Shown: positions 1 through 8,533, numbered from the stretch's first letter. The stretch: 45,673 nt of DNA from an uncultured Clostridia bacterium (GCA_947165825.1 CAMVBX010000001.1:1-45673); one strand, 5' to 3'. A program made the numbers and translations. The notes: generated by a model from the letters alone, not told the origin.

Positions 1-2
1 TC

Positions 3-1259
3 AGCGACGCCTACGCCGGATTCGACGACCGGGAGTATCAGCGGTGGCTCCAGAGCCAGGGACAGAACCTTGACCTGGCGGACCGGTACAATCAGTACGG
101 GCAGCAGGACTACAGCCGCTTCCAGGACACCCTGGACCAGTGGAACCGGGACCGGAGCTTCGGCTATGGCGCGGCTCGGGACAATCAGCAGCTGGGACGG
201 CAGCAGGTGGAGGATCAGTACGGACGGTACCGCGACGCCGTGGGCGACGCGAGGTATGCCGACGAGACGGCTTACAACCGGTACCGCGACCAGGTGGAAG
301 ACCAGCGCTGGGACGCCCAGTGGGCGCAGCAGCTCCGGGAGTACGCGGACAGCCAGAACTGGAAGGCCACGGAATGGGAGCAGTACCTGCGGGAGTACGG
401 GGACAAGCTCAGCCGGCAGGAGCGGGAATGGGCCTATCAGCAGATGCGGGACAGCATCAGCGACGCGAGGTATGCGGATGCGCAGCAGTACGAACGGGCG
501 CAGGACGAACAGGCCCGGCAGCGGCAGGCGGCCCTGGACGAGCAGAACGCGGCGGAGTCCGCCTACGCCCGGCTGGTGAACGGGGCGAGGCTGGCGGCGC
601 AGTACGGGGATTACAGCGGCCTGGCGGCCCTGGGGATCAGCCCCAATGAAGAGGATCTCCGAAGGATGGCCATCGCCGGGGCGGGGCGGACCACCCCCGT
701 GGGAAGCGGCGGAACCCGTTCAGGCGGTTCCTCCGGCGTCGGGGGAGAGACGGAGGATTACGCCACCTCCACGGTGAACGCGGCCTACCGGGCCTATCTG
801 AACGGGGACCGGTCCGACCTGACCCTGCGGATCCTCAACAGCGCCGGGCTGCCCGTATCCGGGAGAGATCCCGAGGGCGATCCCGAGGGCGGAGAGATGC
901 AGGGAGAATATGCCGTCCTGGACCGGGTGCTGGCGGATATGCAGGCCCAGGGACGGCCCTGGAATCAGCTCCAGGTGGAGCTGGACGGGGAGCTCCGGGA
1001 CGGGCGGATCACCCGGGAGGAATACGAGGCCCTGCGGCAGAAGTACGTGAGCAGAGGCCTGGAGGACGGGGTGCGGAACCTGGAGGGCGTCGTCCATCGG
1101 GACGGCAGCCCCATGAGCGCGGGATTCTCCGGGATATGGCGGCAGCTTCGAAACGGCACGGATAGAGAAACAGCTTTGGCTGTCTTGGATCAGGCGATCA
1201 GTTCTGGGAGCATCCACAAGTATGAAAAGGATATGATCTTGGAACAGCTGGGATACTGA
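3..1259 (+). CDS. 5'-truncated repeat-rich protein of unknown function (possibly prophage-derived)
   Basis: Frame 3 is open from the window edge, with no stop before the listed ATG at 207, and ends at TGA 1257-1259. The sequence is Y/R/D/Q/W-rich and periodic. An exact 16-nt repeat gcgacgcgaggtatgc occurs at 244-259 and 460-475, a 216-nt (72-codon) period. A terminator hairpin follows. No family recognised. Confidence 0.6.
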   Translation, partial: SDAYAGFDDREYQRWLQSQGQNLDLADRYNQYGQQDYSRFQDTLDQWNRDRSFGYGAARDNQQLGRQQVEDQYGRYRDAVGDARYADETAYNRYRDQVEDQRWDAQWAQQLREYADSQNWKATEWEQYLREYGDKLSRQEREWAYQQMRDSISDARYADAQQYERAQDEQARQRQAALDEQNAAESAYARLVNGARLAAQYGDYSGLAALGISPNEEDLRRMAIAGAGRTTPVGSGGTRSGGSSGVGGETEDYATSTVNAAYRAYLNGDRSDLTLRILNSAGLPVSGRDPEGDPEGGEMQGEYAVLDRVLADMQAQGRPWNQLQVELDGELRDGRITREEYEALRQKYVSRGLEDGVRNLEGVVHRDGSPMSAGFSGIWRQLRNGTDRETALAVLDQAISSGSIHKYEKDMILEQLGY

Positions 1260-1266
1260 ATATTGA

Positions 1267-1302
1267 CCGGGACGAGCTGCCTTGGCAGCACGTCCCGGTT
1301 TC
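1267..1302 (+). terminator. Rho-independent terminator candidate
   Basis: ccgggacgagctgcc and ggcagcacgtcccgg form a GC-rich stem of about 14 bp with one mismatch. It lies 8 nt after the stop codon and is followed by ttt. Confidence 0.5.
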
Positions 1303-1359
1303 CCGTGGTCACAAATGGATTGTCACTTCAGGTAGAATGCTGATATTATACATGTGTGT

Positions 1360-2340
1360 TTACCGTAAGAGCGTTAAAGTCTGCGCATTGGCATCAAGCT
1401 CTCCCGTAATGCCAATCGGTATCGATAGCATAGGTGCGCAGTGGCTGAAATCGGTTTCAGCGATGATTGGGAAATTCACTTCTCCCAGCGATTCCATGAT
1501 GATCTCATACGATTTCTTCTTTGTGCCTGCATCGTCAAATGCTCTGAATTTCCCGATGATCAATCCGCTGATTAAGTTGAACACCCCGCACAGCTTCAGC
1601 CATGTTATGTATCTTTCAACATCTCCTGCCCAGGCCTCGGTGTCTTCCAGAAACAGAATATCACCTTTCTTTATTTCGGGCATGTACGGGGTTCCCCAAA
1701 TCACCGCTAACGTACTTAGGTTTCCTCCGATCAGTCTGCCTGTAGTTTTTCCGGCTCTTACCGTTATGATTCTATTGGGCATCTGCTTTTCAGATAGTAA
1801 ATCCTTGTTCCACCAATCTACGATTTCATCGGAATAGTATTCGGGAGCAGAGTATACATACTTATCTTTAAAACCCATAACATCACATAAGCATTGAAAT
1901 GCAATATCTCTGTATGGGCTTAGCCGGGCAAAACTAGTCACAAAGTTGGTGCCATAGTATACAGGAATACGTGTTTTTTCATAGAGTGCCAGAAGCAGAG
2001 CTGTTGTATCTGACATCCCGACTACCAGCTTTGGGTTTTTAGCAAAATAGTCATAGTCAATATATGGGAGGATCCCATTTGTCACACAGCCTCCGAAGCT
2101 GGCCATCAGGCAATCTACGTCGGAATCATATAGCAGTTCGTTGACCTCGTCGGCTCTTTCTTTTGCAGTTCCGCTGCGGAAAGCATCGGCCTTTCCCCAC
2201 TGTCTTCCTCTTTTTATATGATACCCTTTTGACTTGATAAATGATTCGGCACGAGTTACCGCATTTACAGCCTCGGCGGTAATGGGGTACGATGGGCTGA
2301 AAATGCCTATGGTAGCTCCTTTTTCCAGTCCTTTATGCAT
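1360..2340 (-). CDS. S66 family LD-carboxypeptidase (MccF / LdcA-like)
   Basis: 326-aa ORF. Nucleophile motif VVGMSDTTALL. Downstream acidic (LFLEDTE) and His (ETDFSHCAP) motifs are typical of the Ser-His-Glu triad of S66 peptidases. The gene sits in a visibly AT-richer segment. Confidence 0.85.
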   Translation of the reverse strand: MHKGLEKGATIGIFSPSYPITAEAVNAVTRAESFIKSKGYHIKRGRQWGKADAFRSGTAKERADEVNELLYDSDVDCLMASFGGCVTNGILPYIDYDYFAKNPKLVVGMSDTTALLLALYEKTRIPVYYGTNFVTSFARLSPYRDIAFQCLCDVMGFKDKYVYSAPEYYSDEIVDWWNKDLLSEKQMPNRIITVRAGKTTGRLIGGNLSTLAVIWGTPYMPEIKKGDILFLEDTEAWAGDVERYITWLKLCGVFNLISGLIIGKFRAFDDAGTKKKSYEIIMESLGEVNFPIIAETDFSHCAPMLSIPIGITGELDANAQTLTLLR

Positions 2341-2438
2341 GATTTCGTTGTTCCTTTACTCTGGTATGATTCACTTCACTACGAGTTTTTCCATCTCCTT
2401 TTAAAAGTGTCAAACTACAATTACGCATACAAAGACCT

Positions 2439-2933
2439 CTATCGCCGTACATAGTCGCGGGCATATTGATAAAGCTCATCAGAAATGCGTCGATGTGCCG
2501 CTTTCATCTGATCCAGGGCGGCATCTACCTCCTGCGCGGAGAGGATACCCTTATCGTAGCCAAGCAGCAGAATTCCAAGAGACCCCCGAACACGAAGCCC
2601 CATTGCCCTGGCGATTCGCCTGCCGGCGTCTTCCTCCATGAGCAGGATATCCGCCTTAATGTCGTCAGCATATACGATGGCTTCGCTCTCACTCAGGTCG
2701 AGGCCGGATGCACGGCGGAGGATATCCACCGCCTTGCGCTCCCCAACGGCAACTACCTGTACGAAGGAGCTGGAGCGAATCAGCTCCGCCTCCTCCGCAT
2801 ATCTCGCATTGCCAGTGAGTTCGGCGTAGACCGCCTCCGGTATCCGTATTTCCCCGTACAGTTCCCGCAGCAGGTCCAACTTCGCCGCTTTCATAAGGGA
2901 GATCAGCGGCCCGGAATCGGAGACGACGATCAT
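2439..2933 (-). CDS. DUF3368 family PIN-like nuclease (putative toxin)
   Basis: The N-terminus MIVVSDSGPLISL...IPEAVYAEL is typical of DUF3368 PIN-like proteins. It has a 4-nt ATGA overlap with the upstream UPF0175 gene. Confidence 0.8.
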   Translation of the reverse strand: MIVVSDSGPLISLMKAAKLDLLRELYGEIRIPEAVYAELTGNARYAEEAELIRSSSFVQVVAVGERKAVDILRRASGLDLSESEAIVYADDIKADILLMEEDAGRRIARAMGLRVRGSLGILLLGYDKGILSAQEVDAALDQMKAAHRRISDELYQYARDYVRR

Positions 2934-3211
2934 GAATCTGCCCTCTCAAAGCTGCGGATATCCGCCAATTCCTCTTCCAGCTCCGCCACCGACTGGTGTA
3001 GATAAGGCATCCCCAGGGAGGCATAGAAATCTATGAGGTCGAATTTGTGTACGCCCAGGATTTCCGCCGCTCTCCCGTGGGAAATCGTCTGCTTTTGGAT
3101 GAAGGGATAGAGCATCATGGCATTCCGCTCAAAAGAGTGATCCCGTTCCGAATCATTCAGGAAAGGGGTCATCCCCTCCGGCACCGTCAACTGCACGTTC
3201 ACCGTTTTCAT
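2930..3211 (-). CDS. UPF0175 family antitoxin
   Basis: 93 aa. The C-terminal HTH-like segment GRAAEILGVHKFDLIDFYASLGMPY is typical of UPF0175. It is translationally coupled to the DUF3368 gene. Confidence 0.8.
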   Translation of the reverse strand: MKTVNVQLTVPEGMTPFLNDSERDHSFERNAMMLYPFIQKQTISHGRAAEILGVHKFDLIDFYASLGMPYLHQSVAELEEELADIRSFERADS

Positions 3212-3265
3212 TGAAGCACCTCCTTCGCTCCTTCTTGCCGTTGCTTCAATCTGTTTTACATTAGC

Positions 3266-3294
3266 AGTATACCATAGAAGTCAACGCCTAACAA
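3266..3294 (-). promoter_or_regulatory. Candidate sigma-70 promoter of the TA pair
   Basis: Read on the minus strand: TTGTTA, a 17-nt spacer ending in TGg, then TATACT (an extended -10). This lies about 55 nt upstream of the UPF0175 start. Confidence 0.4.
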
Positions 3295-3323
3295 GAATCG
3301 TCTCAAATCCCTGGGTGTCATGG

Positions 3324-3352
3324 GTGTCAATGGGGACCGTTCTGATCGACAC
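3324..3352. repeat. REP-like hairpin, left copy
   Basis: gtgtcaatggggaccgttctgatcgacac. The ends gtgtcaat and atcgacac pair with one mismatch. Confidence 0.7.
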
Positions 3353-3354
3353 AC

Positions 3355-4098
3355 CTACGCGCGCTGGATCACGCCGCGGTTGATTCCCGTCAGACGTTCG
3401 AGCTGGCGCACGGAAATCCCCTCCGCCTTCAGCGCACGGAGGGCGGCGTTCCGCTCTTCCCGCTCAAACGTCTGGAGCGCCGTCCCGCTGCTTACCTTCA
3501 GCCGCTTCCGGATGATCGCGGAGGCCCAGCTGTCGTCATGCCTGCGCGGCTCAAACTCCATATACTCCGCGTCATCCTTTTCGCACAGAAATGCCGCGTA
3601 GTCGTCAGCGTCACCGATCAGGTCGTGCAGCAGCGAAGCATCTGCGATGGCTTCCGGATCGTCGTCCCGGCAGCAGCTGCTCCATTCGTAATCAGAAGCC
3701 CTGCAGATCCCCGCCTTTTCCGGGTTGTTCAGGATATATCGATATACAGCGAGAAAATACCCGTCGTCCTCGATCACCTCGCTCTGATACCGATCCTGAA
3801 ACAGATGACCTACCCGCTCGTACTTCCGATAATAATGCCTGGCATAGCATACGCCCAGTTTCTTCGTCAGCAGCGGCGTATGTCCCTTCGGATCATGGAC
3901 CAGCAGGTGAATATGGTTTTCCATCAGGCAGTATGCGCAGACCGTAACCTCGGTTTCCGTGCTGAACCGACGCAGAAGGGAAAGATAGTATACATGATCC
4001 TCCCGATCCTCAAAAAGAACCTGCCTGCCGATCCCGCGAACGATCAGGTGCAGATATCCCGTCGGGCTCAGTTTTCGCGCCGTTCTTGCCATCGTCAT
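3355..4098 (-). CDS. REP-associated / IS200-like Y1 (HUH) transposase with C-terminal HTH
   Basis: YLHLIVRGIGRQVLF, the HUH motif CLMENHIHLLV, and a catalytic Tyr context GHLFQDRYQSEVIEDDGYFLAVYRYILNNP. The C-terminal segment GISVRQLERLTGINRGVIQRA looks like an HTH. Confidence 0.85.
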   Translation of the reverse strand: MTMARTARKLSPTGYLHLIVRGIGRQVLFEDREDHVYYLSLLRRFSTETEVTVCAYCLMENHIHLLVHDPKGHTPLLTKKLGVCYARHYYRKYERVGHLFQDRYQSEVIEDDGYFLAVYRYILNNPEKAGICRASDYEWSSCCRDDDPEAIADASLLHDLIGDADDYAAFLCEKDDAEYMEFEPRRHDDSWASAIIRKRLKVSSGTALQTFEREERNAALRALKAEGISVRQLERLTGINRGVIQRA

Positions 4099-4139
4099 CC
4101 CTCCCTATGCTGTTTTAAGGAGACCAGACGGGCAGGAAT

Positions 4140-4168
4140 GTGTCAATTAGAACCGTCCCCATTGACAC
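4140..4168. repeat. REP-like hairpin, right copy
   Basis: gtgtcaattagaaccgtccccattgacac, with a perfect 8-bp stem gtgtcaat/attgacac. Confidence 0.7.
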
Positions 4169-4286
4169 AAGGACGGGAGCTGCGGATTGCCACAACCGGT
4201 GACATCGGTCACCGGTTTCGCAATGACCGTTTCGATGGTTTGGTACTTTGTCTACAGTCTGAGCGGTTTTTGAAAAAAACCGTCTT

Positions 4287-4949
4287 TTAAGCTTCGATCG
4301 CCCAGACCAGGGTGACGGTGTCCTGGGCCCGGATGTCATCCGGCTGAAAATCCATCCGGATGCTTTCGTCCGCGCTGTTCCGGGCCAGCATAGCCTTGGC
4401 CATCCGGGGCGTTTCCAGGGGGGGCTCCGCCATAGAGTAGTCCACCTGAAGCAAAGCGCCCAGCTTCACCCCTGCGGCGGCAGCCAGGATCCCGGCCTTC
4501 CGGCGGGCGTCTTCCACCGCGGCCTCCAACAGAGCGGACTTGGCGCCCTCCGGATCCCGGAGGGCATAGCTCAGCTGAAACTCCGGATCCACCGGGGCGG
4601 CGGCCAGAGCGGCCAGGGTGCGGCCCAGCAGGACATTGTCCACCGGGAATTCCAGCTTCAGCGCCTGGGTGAAGCGGTAACCCTTGAACTCCTGACGCCA
4701 ATGGCCCTTGTCATCCTGGACGGATTCATATTCCGCGTCCACGGAGAAATCCAGGGTTTTCAGATCCTCCCGGGTAAAACCCAGGGCGGCGATGGCCTCC
4801 ACCAGAGCGGCGGAATCCCGGGAGGCCCGGTTCAGGGCGTCGCTGTAGGCGGGCTCCAGCCCCCGGAGGGTGAGATTCACCCGGCACAGGTCCGATTTCA
4901 GGCGCAGAAGCCCGGTGCCCGTGACCCGGATGCGGCGTTCATCATTCAT
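4287..4949 (-). CDS. SIMPL (DUF541) domain protein
   Basis: Start trimmed to MNDERRIRVTGTG, which has the RBS aaaggagag 5 nt upstream. The IRVTGTG...LTLRG pattern and overall layout match SIMPL/BP26-like proteins. There is an 8-nt overlap with the YitT stop. Confidence 0.75.
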   Translation of the reverse strand: MNDERRIRVTGTGLLRLKSDLCRVNLTLRGLEPAYSDALNRASRDSAALVEAIAALGFTREDLKTLDFSVDAEYESVQDDKGHWRQEFKGYRFTQALKLEFPVDNVLLGRTLAALAAAPVDPEFQLSYALRDPEGAKSALLEAAVEDARRKAGILAAAAGVKLGALLQVDYSMAEPPLETPRMAKAMLARNSADESIRMDFQPDDIRAQDTVTLVWAIEA

Positions 4950-5907
4950 TGATCTCTCCTTTCTGCGCGGGCTGGGCGAGCTCCGCGCTGCGGTTGGCCT
5001 TGAATACGTCCGCAACCTCGCTGATGGTGATGAAGGCCATGGGGTCCAGACGATTCACCAGATTTTTCATTTTGTTGATCTGAAAGCGGTTCACCACAAA
5101 ATAGACGATGGTTTTGGGCCGGTTGGAAAAGCCGCCGGAGGCGGCCACCCGGGTGGTGCCGCACTCGAAAGCGCGGGACAGGGCGGCGCAGATCTCATCC
5201 GGCCTTTCCGTTACGATCATGGCGCACTTTTCCCGATCGATGCCTTCAACAATAAAGTCCACGGTTTTCAGACCGGCCATATAGGTGACGATGGAATACA
5301 GGGGGAGGATCCAGCTGGAGAGGATGCAGCCGCAGAGGGTATACAGGACCAGGTTGTAGGCCATAACGAAGGCGCCCACCGTGATCCCCAGGCGTCTGGC
5401 GAAAAGCACGGCCAGGACCTCGATCCCGTCCATGGCGCCGCCGCCCCGTACGGCGAGGCCGCTTCCCACGCCGGAGATCATTCCCCCGAAGAGGGCGCAG
5501 AGCAGCAGATCCCGGCCTGCCAGGGGAGAGGCGATATCCGTCTGGATGGGGAGCACGTCGGTGATCAGCCAGGCGGTCAGAGAATAGATGCCGACGGTAT
5601 ACAGGGAGTACAGCGTGAAGAGCAGGCCCTGCCGTTTGAGGCCGTAAAGAAACAGCGGCGTATTGAGCAGAATCAAAAAGAAGGAGAGGGGAAGCCAGTC
5701 CGGGGTGAGCTGACCCAAAAGCATGGCGGTACCGGAAATGCCGCTGTCATACAGCTGCACAGGATTGAGAAACAGGGCTACGCCGATGGCGTTCACCACC
5801 CCGGCAAGCGTGAGGATCAGCAGGTTGCGCGGCCGAAAATCTATCGGCCTGTTCAGCTTTCGTGTGTGCTTTCGGCGCTTCATCTGCGGCTTTTTCTTCG
5901 ATTTCAT
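4942..5907 (-). CDS. YitT family membrane protein (DUF2179)
   Basis: Start trimmed to MKSKKKPQ. It has a multi-TM N-terminal part and the C-terminal DUF2179-like segment KCAMIVTERPDEICAALSRAFECGTTRV. Its ATGA overlaps the PP2C stop. Confidence 0.85.
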   Translation of the reverse strand: MKSKKKPQMKRRKHTRKLNRPIDFRPRNLLILTLAGVVNAIGVALFLNPVQLYDSGISGTAMLLGQLTPDWLPLSFFLILLNTPLFLYGLKRQGLLFTLYSLYTVGIYSLTAWLITDVLPIQTDIASPLAGRDLLLCALFGGMISGVGSGLAVRGGGAMDGIEVLAVLFARRLGITVGAFVMAYNLVLYTLCGCILSSWILPLYSIVTYMAGLKTVDFIVEGIDREKCAMIVTERPDEICAALSRAFECGTTRVAASGGFSNRPKTIVYFVVNRFQINKMKNLVNRLDPMAFITISEVADVFKANRSAELAQPAQKGEINE

Positions 5908-7184
5908 TTCAACTGCGTTACTTCCCGCATATGCAGAACAAGCAGGCAGATATCGTCGTACTGGGGGCGGTCCCCCGTGAAGGTCAGCAGCTCCGTCATG
6001 AGCCGCAGGGGAAGATCCTCCACCCGCCTTGCGGCCAACTTCCGGAGGGTTCGCCGTAACCGTTCCACCCCGTAGGATTCGTCCAGAGGGGAACAGGCGT
6101 CCGGCGCGCCGTCCGAATACTGGAGCAGCGTGTCTCCGGCCCGGAGCTTCACCCGGTACGTGGGATAGCGAACGCCCGCCATCAGCCCCAGGGGGAGCCT
6201 CCGCTGGGCGGGCTCCAGCAGACGGGTTTTTCCCTTCCGAAGCAGGATGGGGTCCTCGTGTCCCGCGCTGGCATATTCCAGCACCCCCGCAGCCGGATCC
6301 AGGCAGGCGAACCAGACGGTGACGAACATGCCCATGGCGTTGTCCTCCCGGAGCCGGGTTCCGGCGTAGGTCAGAATCTCCCCCGGAGTGCCGCCCAGGG
6401 TCAGGGCCCGCTCCTTCAATACCGCCTTGGCGTTCATCATGAACAGGGCGGCGCTGATCCCCTTGTCGGACACGTCCCCCACCGTAAGGGCCAGCCGACC
6501 GTCCGGCAGGCGGTAGGCATCGTAAAAATCCCCGCCCATGGTGCGGCTGGGCCGGACCATGGCATCTAGGGTGAAGGGCTGGTTCCGTTCCAGCGGGGTG
6601 AGCTCCGGCAGGATATCCCGCTGGATCTCCCCGGCCACGTCCAGCTCCGCCTCCAGAGCCTCCCGCTCCGCCTGCAGCCCGTAGCTCTCCAGACTCTTGC
6701 CCGCGAAGGCGGAGACCACGCTGAGCAGATAAACGTCCTCCTCCGTGAACAGGGCGGGCTTGCCCTCCTCCGTCAGGCGGTTGATGCACTGGTACGCGCC
6801 GATCACCTCGCTGCGGCTGTTCAGCAGGGGGATCGTCAGCAGGGAGCGGGTGCGGTAACCGGTCTGCCGGTCCACCGCCGGGTTGAAGCGCCGATCCGCG
6901 TAAACGTCGTCGATGCGCTGCACCTCTCCGGAGCGGACGGTCTCCGCTACCAGACCGTAGTTGTCCGGCAAGGTGAGCCGGCCGGAGGAGGAGGCCGCCA
7001 GGGTCCAGAGCTTTCCGGCGGGTTTATCCCAGAACCAGAAGGATACCCGGTCACAGTTCACCAGCTCCCGGGTGAGGGCCGTCAGCAGATCCAGCACCGC
7101 CGGAAGGCGGGTCTCTGCGCACAGACGGCTCATGGTCTCCGTGATGCTGCCGAGCCGCCGGACGGCAAGGCCGGGGCCCGTCAT
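5904..7184 (-). CDS. GAF domain - PP2C (SpoIIE/RsbU-type) serine phosphatase
   Basis: Start trimmed to MTGPGLAV, whose ATGA overlaps the MATE stop. The N-terminal part is GAF-like. The PP2C part has the motifs GGDFYD, TVGDVSDKGISAALFM, YASAGHEDP and DDICLLVL. Confidence 0.85.
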   Translation of the reverse strand: MTGPGLAVRRLGSITETMSRLCAETRLPAVLDLLTALTRELVNCDRVSFWFWDKPAGKLWTLAASSSGRLTLPDNYGLVAETVRSGEVQRIDDVYADRRFNPAVDRQTGYRTRSLLTIPLLNSRSEVIGAYQCINRLTEEGKPALFTEEDVYLLSVVSAFAGKSLESYGLQAEREALEAELDVAGEIQRDILPELTPLERNQPFTLDAMVRPSRTMGGDFYDAYRLPDGRLALTVGDVSDKGISAALFMMNAKAVLKERALTLGGTPGEILTYAGTRLREDNAMGMFVTVWFACLDPAAGVLEYASAGHEDPILLRKGKTRLLEPAQRRLPLGLMAGVRYPTYRVKLRAGDTLLQYSDGAPDACSPLDESYGVERLRRTLRKLAARRVEDLPLRLMTELLTFTGDRPQYDDICLLVLHMREVTQLK

Positions 7185-8533
7185 TGGGGTTTCCCCGCTT
7201 TCACCACGGCCTTCGTCTCCCAGATCCCCGTGCGGAACCGGAGCCAGACCACGATAAAGCCGAAGGCCCAGCCGATGGGATTCGCGTAGTACAGGGAGGG
7301 GAAGCCCAGGTGGAAGCCATAGTTGAAGAGATAGGTGGCCGCCACCCGCACCGCCAGGACGGAAAGCGTGACGCAGGCCGCCGCCAGCACGTCCCCGGAG
7401 CCGGTGAGAATGCCTGCGGAGGACATGTACAGGGCGAAGATCACAAAGAAGGGGGAGATGAAGCGCAGGTGCTGAATGCCCAGGGTCAGGGATTCCCCCT
7501 CCACGCCGAAGATGCTCACCAGGGGCTTTGCGAAGATCCAGAGGATCAGGGAGATGATCAGGGCGGTGGGTACCATGATGTACCGCGCGTGCCGTCTGCC
7601 CGTGCGCACCCGGTCGAAGCGCCCCGCCCCCACGTTCTGCCCCGTGAAGGTGGCGATGCCGTTGTTCATGCTCTGGACGGGGATGAACATATAGTTCTCG
7701 ATCCTCCCCGCGGCGGTGTTGGCCGCCAGAGCCACGGTGCCCAGGTCGTTCACCACCCGCTGGATGAGGACGTTGCCCCCGGAGACGATGCACATCTGCA
7801 CCATGGTGGGGACGCCCAGCTTCAGGATCTGTTTGCAGCAGGAGCCGATAAAGCGGAACTCCCCCTTCCCGAAGCGGAAGAACGCATACCGCCGGTTCAT
7901 GTAAACGAGGCTCACCACGGCGCTGACCCCCTGGGCGATGACGGTGGCAATGGCGGTGCCCTCCACGCCCCAGTGGAAAACGATGACGAAAACCAGGTCC
8001 AGCACGATATTCACTACGCTGGAGATGCACAGGAAGAACAGGGTGGCCTTGGAGTCTCCCACGCTGCGTAAAGCGCCCGCCGAGACGTTATAGATGAACT
8101 GGAATACCAGACCCAGACAGTAGATGCGGAAGTACCCCGCCGCCATATCCAGGATCGCCTCCGGGGCGGCCAGAGCCCGGAGCAGGGGGCGGGCGAAGCA
8201 GAAGCCCAGGATGGAGATGATCAGGCCCAGGCCCGCCAGAAGGCAGAAGGCGGTGGACAGGTTTTTCCGCAGCTCCTCCATGCGCTTGGCCCCGAAATAC
8301 TGGGCGAAGATGACGCCGGAGCCGTTGGTGAGGCCCACGGCAAAGGAAACGGCGAACATGGTGAGGGCGGAGCAGGTGCCCACCGCCCCCAGGGCGGTCT
8401 CCCCCAGCTTCTGCCCCACCACCACGCTGTCCACGGTGTTATAGAGCTGCTGCAGTACAAGCCCGCCCATGATGGGCAGGGCAAAGGCCAGGATATGGGT
8501 TCCCTCCCGGCCGACCGTCATATCTCTCGCCAT
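7181..8533 (-). CDS. MATE family efflux transporter
   Basis: 450 aa and 12-TM-like. The N-terminal LAFALPIMGGLVLQQLYNTVDSVVVGQ signature is typical of MATE/NorM proteins. Confidence 0.9.
   Translation of the reverse strand: MARDMTVGREGTHILAFALPIMGGLVLQQLYNTVDSVVVGQKLGETALGAVGTCSALTMFAVSFAVGLTNGSGVIFAQYFGAKRMEELRKNLSTAFCLLAGLGLIISILGFCFARPLLRALAAPEAILDMAAGYFRIYCLGLVFQFIYNVSAGALRSVGDSKATLFFLCISSVVNIVLDLVFVIVFHWGVEGTAIATVIAQGVSAVVSLVYMNRRYAFFRFGKGEFRFIGSCCKQILKLGVPTMVQMCIVSGGNVLIQRVVNDLGTVALAANTAAGRIENYMFIPVQSMNNGIATFTGQNVGAGRFDRVRTGRRHARYIMVPTALIISLILWIFAKPLVSIFGVEGESLTLGIQHLRFISPFFVIFALYMSSAGILTGSGDVLAAACVTLSVLAVRVAATYLFNYGFHLGFPSLYYANPIGWAFGFIVVWLRFRTGIWETKAVVKAGKPQ

Larger units (their letters stand above)
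3324..4168 (-). mobile_element. RayT/IS200-like Y1 transposase unit bounded by inverted REP-like hairpins
   Basis: Two 29-nt hairpin-forming sequences lie at 3324-3352 and 4140-4168. They are inverted copies of each other (26/29 identical after reverse-complementing) and immediately flank the Y1 transposase ORF. Confidence 0.55.

Noticed and set aside
1337-1837. 166-aa plus-strand ORF.
   Set aside because: It is antisense to the well-supported S66 peptidase gene and has no motifs.
4942-8030. Full-length 615-aa and 708-aa ORFs as listed in the track (4942-6789 and 5904-8030).
   Set aside because: Their N-terminal halves are low-complexity Arg/Gly/Pro readthrough overlapping the upstream genes. 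Internal ATGs at 5907 and 7184 give complete YitT and GAF-PP2C proteins with 4-nt start/stop overlaps.
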